Origin: Candidatus Babelota bacterium
GTDB lineage: Bacteria > Babelota > Babeliae > Babelales > JABDEC01
NCBI GenBank assembly: GCA_013286795.1
Contig: JABDFA010000011.1
Span: 6,341 to 38,340 of the forward strand
DNA length: 32,000 nucleotides
Direction: 5' to 3'
The position numbers and the translations under genes were made by a program. Below, one piece after another: positions 24,356 through 30,403 of the stretch. The notes beneath the pieces were generated by a model that had not been told where the DNA came from, did not search any database, and was given only the letters and a program-made list of their open reading frames with translations. Position 1 is the first letter of the stretch. Every line of letters starts with the position of its first letter.

Positions 24356-25226
24356 TTATAGGAGAATCTATATTTCTTAATAACACAATTTCATCAATTG
24401 AAGTAACTTTATTTTGAGCCATCTCAAGTATAGGGTAAAAAATTGCTGCATCACCACATAAAGGAAAAAATTCCCCTAATGCTGTTGAACTTATACTTTC
24501 TTTATTTATCTTTTTAAAAAGAGCTGCATAATATGAGCGTAGTCCAGAAAAAACCCACGGGTATAATCTTATTTTATTTAATCTTAAAATAAACCTAGGT
24601 ACCGGCTGAAAAAATTTCTCAATTTCAAGTCTTTCAGCCAAATCTTCTGGGTAATTCTTATAATTTCCATAAACTACCCATGCGCCTGTTATTTGATAAT
24701 AATTATTAAATAAACTCAAAACCTGAGAACCATTTAAATAATCATCCCCATCAAGCTCTAAAATTATTCTATTATCATCTAGGCTATTAATCACAGAATA
24801 TAGATTTTCGACCTTTTTTTTACGAGTATCATTTAAGATATATTTTACTTTCTTTTGAGGATCATAATCTTCAAGAAATTTTTGCACAATCTCTGAAGTC
24901 CCATCCTTTGAACAATCATCTATATAGATTACATCAAAATTTGAATAATTTTGACCCAAGACAGATTCTAAATTTTTTTTACAGTATTTTATATTGTTAT
25001 AAGAAGTGATAACGACGGTTATGGGTAATTCTTTTAAATTATTATTTGGAAACCCGTTCGTGGTGCCTGCCCGTCGAAGCTCTAAGAGCGAAGTCGGGAG
25101 TGTTCTACGAAGCTTTCTTGTCCGGCGTAGCTTTAGCGAAGACGGAGCGAAGTAGAACGTATCGAACCATGAACTCTTGAACTTAAAAAACTTATAAATT
25201 AACTTGATTACAAATTTCTCTACCAT
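24261..25226 (-). CDS. Glycosyltransferase family 2 (tandem paralog, upstream copy, with repeat R6 translated in frame)
   Basis: TVVITSYNNIKYCKKNLESVLGQNYSNFDVIYIDDCSKDGT and LDGDDYL. There is no ATG between the repeat and the catalytic domain. The conserved N-terminal peptide lies upstream of the repeat in the same frame. Confidence 0.8.
   Translation of the reverse strand: MVEKFVIKLIYKFFKFKSSWFDTFYFAPSSLKLRRTRKLRRTLPTSLLELRRAGTTNGFPNNNLKELPITVVITSYNNIKYCKKNLESVLGQNYSNFDVIYIDDCSKDGTSEIVQKFLEDYDPQKKVKYILNDTRKKKVENLYSVINSLDDNRIILELDGDDYLNGSQVLSLFNNYYQITGAWVVYGNYKNYPEDLAERLEIEKFFQPVPRFILRLNKIRLYPWVFSGLRSYYAALFKKINKESISSTALGEFFPLCGDAAIFYPILEMAQNKVTSIDEIVLLRNIDSPINDFKSYDKKVRKMVWNEICNKTKYSKVEKLF
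25053..25174. repeat. GC-rich palindromic repeat, locus R6 (module A carrying two nested GC-rich insertions)
   Basis: It shares cccgttcgtggtg ... gtgttctacgaagc ... aagtagaacgtatcgaaccatgaac with R5 module A. Two extra hairpin-like inserts are present at about 25066-25099 and about 25114-25149. The second contains gcgaagacgga, the inverse of tccgtcttcgc in R5 module B. Confidence 0.85.
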
Positions 25227-25292
25227 AATAATTTCTCCAATATTCTAAAAAAATTATTACTCGAAAAAAATTAATAATCAATCAACAATTAT

Positions 25293-25328
25293 AAAAAAAG
25301 CGCCCAATGTTTTTAGGCATCAAGCGCT
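25293..25328 (-). terminator. Rho-independent terminator of the 25341..26594 gene
   Basis: Minus strand: AGCGCUUGAUG (25328-25318), 8-nt loop, CAUUGGGCGCU (25309-25299) with two G-U pairs, then a U6 run. It is similar in sequence to the terminator at 672-705. Confidence 0.7.
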
Positions 25329-25340
25329 AAATTTAATTAC

Positions 25341-26594
25341 TTATTCTTCTGGAGCATACCAATCTTCAGGATCAACTATTCTTATTGGCCGTTCCCCGCC
25401 TTCTATTACAATACCACTTGAAGGTTCTGAAGCTTGTTGTCCTTCTGCTTCTTGTTTTTTTTCTTCTTGTCTTATTCTAGGTTGCGCTTCAGGAGAATGT
25501 TGTATTACAGGCAATTCTAAAGTTAAAGACCAGGGAGTGGAGCCTACTTCAGGTTTAGTGTCTTTTTGGACAGCTGCCCCTGTTAATCTTGCTTGTTCAA
25601 TTCGTTCATTTCTTTCTTTCTCTTCTTGAGCTGAAATTAAACGTTGTGCTTCTCGAATTTTTTCTTGCTTTTTTTGGTGAGCTAATTCTATAGCTTCAAT
25701 TTCAGAACCGAAGTTTTCAGCTTCTTCTCTATTTATTTTTGCTTCTTCAGATCTTACTACAGGTTGAGATTTTGCTGGTTCTGGTTTTATAGATTGTGGT
25801 TTTTGAGAAACTGTTGAAGCTTGTGCTTTTTGAGATTTTGCGCAAGCTGCTTCTATAGCCATTATCTGAGCAAGAAAATCTTCTTCATCTTGTTGTTGTT
25901 TAGGTGCAACATACTTTGGCTCTTCTAGCTTTATTCCAGATTTTTCCTTTTCAAATCGCTCAGAATTCAAGATTTGTTTTATTTGTGGATCTTTTGCATA
26001 GGAATAAGCATCTCGTCGATCTTTATTTACAAATTTAGGATCAGCACCATTAGCCAATAATAATTTAACTGTTTCAATCTTGCCATCTATAGATGCTCTC
26101 ATCAAAGGGGTAAGGTTGTTACTATAAGAGCCATTGACATTTGCTCCTTTTTCTAAAAGCAATTTAGCCAACTCAAAACTTGTATTGGCCGCCAGATAAA
26201 GGGGAGTATCACCATAAGCATTCGAAGCGTTTACATCAGCCCCACTTTCTATGAGTAACTTAGCTATTGGGAAATTTCCACGAAACGCTGCTGTCATCAA
26301 AGGTGTCCATTTAGCACCAGCACTAGTATCAGGAGCATTTACATTTGCTCCATTTTTAATAGCATTTTGAACTTCAATTATGTTACCATGATTTATTGCT
26401 TTTATAAGTTTCTTATTTTCTTCTTTCTCTTTATTTTCTTTTTCTTCTGATTTTTTAGTCTCTTTAGCTTTTTGACAAGCGACTTCAATTTTAGCAATCT
26501 CAGCGCTTAAATCTTCTTGCATTCCCATACCAGAAATTACTGATATATTAGCAAAAGCAACAAAAAATAAGCTAATTAATTTAAGGTTTTTCAT
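25341..26594 (-). CDS. Secreted ankyrin-repeat protein with repeated helical motif and K/E/Q-rich C-terminal region
   Basis: Leader MKNLKLISLFFVAFANISVISG. There are four good ankyrin repeats (TPLMTAAFRGNFPIAKLLIESGADVNA; TPLYLAA...LLLEKGANVNG; TPLMRASIDGKIETVKLLLANGADP). A GGAAGG RBS lies upstream. Confidence 0.88.
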   Translation of the reverse strand: MKNLKLISLFFVAFANISVISGMGMQEDLSAEIAKIEVACQKAKETKKSEEKENKEKEENKKLIKAINHGNIIEVQNAIKNGANVNAPDTSAGAKWTPLMTAAFRGNFPIAKLLIESGADVNASNAYGDTPLYLAANTSFELAKLLLEKGANVNGSYSNNLTPLMRASIDGKIETVKLLLANGADPKFVNKDRRDAYSYAKDPQIKQILNSERFEKEKSGIKLEEPKYVAPKQQQDEEDFLAQIMAIEAACAKSQKAQASTVSQKPQSIKPEPAKSQPVVRSEEAKINREEAENFGSEIEAIELAHQKKQEKIREAQRLISAQEEKERNERIEQARLTGAAVQKDTKPEVGSTPWSLTLELPVIQHSPEAQPRIRQEEKKQEAEGQQASEPSSGIVIEGGERPIRIVDPEDWYAPEE

Positions 26595-26639
26595 TTCAAT
26601 CCTTCCCTATTATTTTAAAATATATTATTACTTAACTTT

Positions 26640-26667
26640 ACCATAATACAGATTGTCTCCTTAACAA
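26640..26667 (-). promoter_or_regulatory. Candidate promoter of the 25341..26594 gene
   Basis: Minus strand: GGG-TTGTTA (26667-26662), 16-nt spacer, TATGGT (26645-26640). The layout resembles the promoter candidates at 1939-1966 and 4036-4063. Confidence 0.3.
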
Positions 26668-26802
26668 CCCTTTTAAGCATTACAAATTAGTTATTATTAA
26701 AATAACAAATTGCAATTAGAAAGTCAATTCTGATTTTTCAGAAGAAAATCGCGTATCTTTACCTGAAAAAGTAACTTTTTTATGAACTTATTATGCCAAA
26801 AG

Positions 26803-27598
26803 CTACAAATACTCAAAAATCAGATTTAATAGTTCTTTTGGTAAGGGAGTATTTTTATAAGCAATTTCATACTTATTCTTATTAAAAGAAATACAGTCTT
26901 CCCTTATAGCTTCACGAACCTTACTATTTTTAGCAAAGCTAAAACAATTTAGCCCCATTAGAGTCTTTCAATGCACTATCGGCTCCGGATTTTAATAAGA
27001 ATAAAGCTAGCTTCACATTGCCCATTTTGGCTGCATACATAAGAGCAGTTCTTCCTTGATAAGTTTGCCTATTAACATCGGCATCAAAGCTAACCAATAA
27101 CTTTGCAGCTTTTAAACTTAAAGAATTAAATTTTGAATCACAGACTTCTATCAAAGGTGTAAATCTATGTTTATTTGCTAAATTAGCATCTGCTCTGTTA
27201 AAGAGTAATAATTGTATCATTCTTAAATTAAGAGGAGTTCTGCAAACATTTAATAATGGGGTATTTCCAGCATCATTCTGATTATCTACATTTATACCTT
27301 TTATAGAAAGCAAAAATTCAATAATTTTTTCATCTTCAAAAACAATATTATTTGTTAAAATATTTAAAAGAGAATTTCTATATTTAAATAAACAATTAAC
27401 ATCTGCTCCCTGTTCAATTAACTCTTTAATATTTTCCAAATTTTTTATATGCAGCGTCTGCATTCTTAATAATTCATTTAACGAAGGTATATTTGATTCA
27501 GGTTCCTCTCTTTTTCTTTTTCGATTCATACCATCTATATATAAAAATTGGACACTTAAAATCAAAAAGCAAATTATTAATTTTTTACAATATTTCAC
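26803..27598 (-). pseudogene. Secreted ankyrin-repeat protein interrupted by a 1-nt homopolymer frameshift (called ORF 26939..27598)
   Basis: GTG start at 27598 with AAGGGTGG upstream, leader MKYCKKLIICFLILSVQFLYIDG, and ankyrin repeats. The ORF stops at ...DSNGAKLF-TAG. Removing one base from the A4 run at 26941-26944 continues the frame as SFAKNSKVREAIREDCISFNKNKYEIAYKNTPLPKELLNLIFEYL-TAG (stop 26803-26805). That restores the family C-terminal tail. Confidence 0.6.
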
Positions 27599-27715
27599 TT
27601 AACCACCCTTGAATAACTAAAAATTTATATAAATTAAACTATAAAAAAATATATATAATTAAAAGTTTTTGATTAACCAGAAAAAATCAGGTTAAAATCA
27701 AAAAAGATCTCTGCC

Positions 27716-27744
27716 TTGACAATCTGAAAATAACAATATATAAT
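27716..27744 (+). promoter_or_regulatory. Consensus sigma-70 promoter of the UIM/Josephin-like gene
   Basis: TTGACA (27716-27721), exactly 17 nt, TATAAT (27739-27744). A GGGAGG RBS at 27768-27773 lies 6 nt before the ATG at 27780. Confidence 0.6.
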
Positions 27745-27779
27745 ATAATTATGTAAGTGTAAAATTAGGGAGGATCCAA

Positions 27780-28865
27780 ATGAAAATTTCAAAAATAATA
27801 TTCTTATATCCCATTATTGTAGTATCAATTTTTGCCAAAACGATATTATCTATGGACAAAGATTTAGCACAGGCTCTAAAACAGAGTTTGGCAAGTAAAC
27901 AGGCTGAAGATGCAGAAAGAAAAGCAGAACGTGATTTGGCTGATGCCATAAAAAATAGTCTAAAAAGTTCCGACGATGACGACAAAAAAGTAAAAGAAGA
28001 AAATTTTCACATCGTACCTGTATTACCACAAAAAGGAGCGGATTGTGGTTATCATGCAATAAAAAATGGAAATATACTATATCAATGGTTAGCTGCAGAT
28101 GGAATATTAAAACAAGAAACAAAAAAAGAAATTGAACGAAGACTTAATGTAGAAGATGAAGAAAATTTCCCTTTAGAAAAATGGAGATCAATAGTTGCTC
28201 AAGTTAGAAAGGACAAACCTACTTTTGGCACAAAAGCAGGAGCAAACTTATTTGATATAGAAATAGCTAATATAATAAAAAATGAATTAAAATTATCTCC
28301 AGAAACATATTCTGTAATTGCAAACATAAATGAAATCGCAGAAAATAATAATAAAATTTTAGAACCTTTAGCTAAAACAGTAGAAAAAATAAGACTCAAC
28401 CCAAATGCCACACATATATTCATTTTGGGAAATATGAAAGAAACCAATGTAGCCTGTGGTCACTGGATAGCTGTTGTTCTAAAAAGAGATAATCGAAACT
28501 ATGAATATTACATTATGGATTCACTTGGTAGTAAAAGCAAAACCATAAACCCAATGGTTAAAAGCTTAGACACTGTATTAAAAAAAGCTAGATTAGATAT
28601 TGCCAAAATTCCAACTCTTGCAATCATAATAAATGAAGCTATAGACGCGATCCAAGAATTAGACATAAAAACTTGTCTGGCAAAACTTAAACAAGTAATA
28701 GAATCTAAATTAAATCCATTTAGTGATAAAACATTTGCCCAAGAAAACACAAGTCGTGTCAAACAAATATTAAATGGTATCATAGAATTTGGCTCAGAAG
28801 AAGATAAAAAAGAAGCACAAGAGCTTTTGAATAAACTTGCTCTAAAATCTAATATAAAAACTTAA
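27780..28865 (+). CDS. Secreted protein with two UIMs and a Josephin-like papain-fold cysteine protease domain (candidate deubiquitinase)
   Basis: Leader MKISKIIFLYPIIVVSIFAKTILS. UIM cores are DKDLAQALKQSLAS (27855-27899) and ERDLADAIKNSLKSSDDDD (27924-27971). QKGADCGYH carries Cys89 (28044-28046). GHWIAVVLKR carries His228 (28461-28463). YYIMDS carries Asp247 (28518-28520). Confidence 0.8.
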   Translation: MKISKIIFLYPIIVVSIFAKTILSMDKDLAQALKQSLASKQAEDAERKAERDLADAIKNSLKSSDDDDKKVKEENFHIVPVLPQKGADCGYHAIKNGNILYQWLAADGILKQETKKEIERRLNVEDEENFPLEKWRSIVAQVRKDKPTFGTKAGANLFDIEIANIIKNELKLSPETYSVIANINEIAENNNKILEPLAKTVEKIRLNPNATHIFILGNMKETNVACGHWIAVVLKRDNRNYEYYIMDSLGSKSKTINPMVKSLDTVLKKARLDIAKIPTLAIIINEAIDAIQELDIKTCLAKLKQVIESKLNPFSDKTFAQENTSRVKQILNGIIEFGSEEDKKEAQELLNKLALKSNIKT

Positions 28866-28890
28866 TTGATCAAAAAAACTAAAAACTACT

Positions 28891-29047
28891 TTATACAAAA
28901 AATTCTTTTTCATCTTCATTTATACTTTCTTGGGCTAATTTGATTAATTTCTTAATTTTTTTTGTTTTAGCCAACTCTAAAAGCGACTTTTTACCTCTCA
29001 AATTAAGATATGGAAAAAAAATTGATATGCAATATAAATTAGTCCTA
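28891..29047 (-). pseudogene. Degenerate duplicate of the 3' end of the 29045..29740 gene (non-coding remnant)
   Basis: A Met-less minus-strand frame reads ISIFFPYLNLRGKKSLLELAKTKKIKKLIKLAQES...FFV-stop. The gene's own C-terminus reads TSIFLPFLNAKCKQEILEIVQQ. At the DNA level, 29002-29039 matches 29138-29175 at 32/38 positions, offset 136 bp. Confidence 0.35.
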
Positions 29048-29740
29048 ATGCATATCTAAACTACTTTTAATTAATCTCACAAATTTTCTCATATTTCTCT
29101 GTTGAACAATCTCCAAAATTTCTTGCTTACACTTAGCATTAAGAAATGGAAGAAAAATTGAAGTGAAATAAAAATCTTTTCTATTGCCTTCAAAATATGG
29201 ATTCTTATACACATTTTCAACTTGAAGACTCATACCTTCAGATATGATAAACTTAAGCCATTTATTATCATACCTTAATCTTATTATATCTTCTTTTGTA
29301 GGATTCTTATTATCATTCACATATTTTTGATACGCATTAACAACAATTCTCCATAAATAATCACTATCTTCTTTCACATGTCCATGTTGCTTATCAGTCA
29401 CAAATAAAAATCCAGCAACATAAGAAAATAGTTCGATTTTATTTTTATCTTCACCAATATCTCTCCAAAATCTAAAAAAACTCATTTTATCAGGCAGCAA
29501 AGCTCCATTATCAATTAAGATATCAACTAATTCTCTGTTATTCCTAGAAATAGCTGTCCATAAAGCCTCGTTTTTATATTCATTGGCTATTTTTTCTTCT
29601 TGCAAGATATTAGTAACCTTATTTTTATGACCATTAAGAGTTGCTGTAACCAAATATTTTCCCGGATTATTTAAAACCGGACTCATGGATTTTAAGTTAA
29701 AAGAAATAAATAATAAGATAAAAATAAGTTTAAATTTCAC
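29045..29740 (-). CDS. Secreted hypothetical protein with one or two weak ankyrin-like repeats
   Basis: GTG start at 29740 with an AGGAAA RBS and leader MKFKLIFILLFISFNLKS. An ankyrin-like segment ALWTAISRNNRELVDILIDNGALLP is present. Confidence 0.6.
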   Translation of the reverse strand: MKFKLIFILLFISFNLKSMSPVLNNPGKYLVTATLNGHKNKVTNILQEEKIANEYKNEALWTAISRNNRELVDILIDNGALLPDKMSFFRFWRDIGEDKNKIELFSYVAGFLFVTDKQHGHVKEDSDYLWRIVVNAYQKYVNDNKNPTKEDIIRLRYDNKWLKFIISEGMSLQVENVYKNPYFEGNRKDFYFTSIFLPFLNAKCKQEILEIVQQRNMRKFVRLIKSSLDMH

Positions 29741-29761
29741 GTATTTTCCTAAAGTAATAAT

Positions 29762-30376
29762 TTAAATCGAGGTTATTAGCAGCCCTTTTCTTCTTGCATT
29801 CTTACAAGATTCTACTAATTCTTTTGCAAAAGATGGATTAAACATGCCTTGGCTCGTTTGTATTAGACCATCCCAAACAATTTTATCAAAGAATGGAAGC
29901 AAAGTTGTTTGTATAAGTCTTACCTGATTGGATGGAAAGATCTCATCAAAATCAGAATTTAGTCCTAAAATTGAATAATATTGTTGAGTTTTAGTATTTT
30001 GTATTACTGCGCATTCAGGAAACATTTTAATAAATATAAACTCATCATGTATAAATCTTTTCCAAGATAAAAGCAGATCAATAACCCTTTGTTCTTTAGT
30101 CTGGGACTCACTAATAAATTCATCTATTATAGAAGTATCTTTATACCAATGTTGCCTTAATTCAAATAACATTGGGGCAACTTCACCGGAAGCTTGTGCT
30201 CTAAAAATTTGTTCTTGAGTAAAAATATTAAATTTTTTACTAACAAAAAAATCTAAACTTTGTAATAAAGTTATTATAATTTCTGCATCTAATTCTGAAA
30301 CTTGCCTAGTAACTCTATTTTTATTTATTAGATCACTTAAAGATAATTTTTTTTTAATTTCAAGATTATTTTCCAT
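29762..30376 (-). CDS. Hypothetical cytoplasmic protein downstream of the ABC-2 transporter genes
   Basis: 204-aa ORF with an AAGAGGGA RBS, no leader and no recognisable motif. It is co-directional with the permease gene and starts 27 nt after it. Confidence 0.55.
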   Translation of the reverse strand: MENNLEIKKKLSLSDLINKNRVTRQVSELDAEIIITLLQSLDFFVSKKFNIFTQEQIFRAQASGEVAPMLFELRQHWYKDTSIIDEFISESQTKEQRVIDLLLSWKRFIHDEFIFIKMFPECAVIQNTKTQQYYSILGLNSDFDEIFPSNQVRLIQTTLLPFFDKIVWDGLIQTSQGMFNPSFAKELVESCKNARRKGLLITSI

Positions 30377-30403
30377 TTTTTCCCTCTTATTAAGTTTTAT
30401 TGT

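Noticed and set aside
6281-25174. GC-rich repeats as a CRISPR array, or the GGTTCGAT-containing pieces as tRNA fragments
   Set aside because: The copies are dispersed over 19 kb, not regularly spaced with unique spacers, and differ in module content. No cloverleaf (acceptor stem plus anticodon arm) can be drawn around the GGTTCGA motifs.
25827-25883. EDFLAQIMAIEAACAKS in the 25341..26594 product as a canonical UIM
   Set aside because: With Phe as the hydrophobic anchor after the acidic run, the invariant Ala and Ser positions are occupied by Gln and Ala. The alternative register that restores A-x-x-x-S loses the acidic run directly before the hydrophobic residue. It is reported only as a novel repeated motif.
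138-28783. Other short opposite-strand ORFs in the track: 138..365, 950..1294, 2839..3054, 3554..3847, 9364..9945, 15220..15504, 15837..16022, 17056..17316, 17353..17541, 18821..19105, 19130..19342, 27749..27985, 27850..28122, 28199..28447, 28508..28783
   Set aside because: Each overlaps a longer ORF with recognisable motifs or a leader plus RBS on the other strand. Their products are F/L/S/I-rich translations of AT-rich antisense sequence with no start context.
733-29740. Idea that the hydrophobic leaders are artefactual 5' extensions and the internal Met is the true start
   Set aside because: Strong RBSs (GGAGG, GGGAGG, AGGAG) sit 5-6 nt upstream of the first start codons, for example at 1866, 3966, 10428 and 27780. 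Nothing comparable precedes the internal Met codons. Dual initiation remains possible and is listed as a hypothesis.
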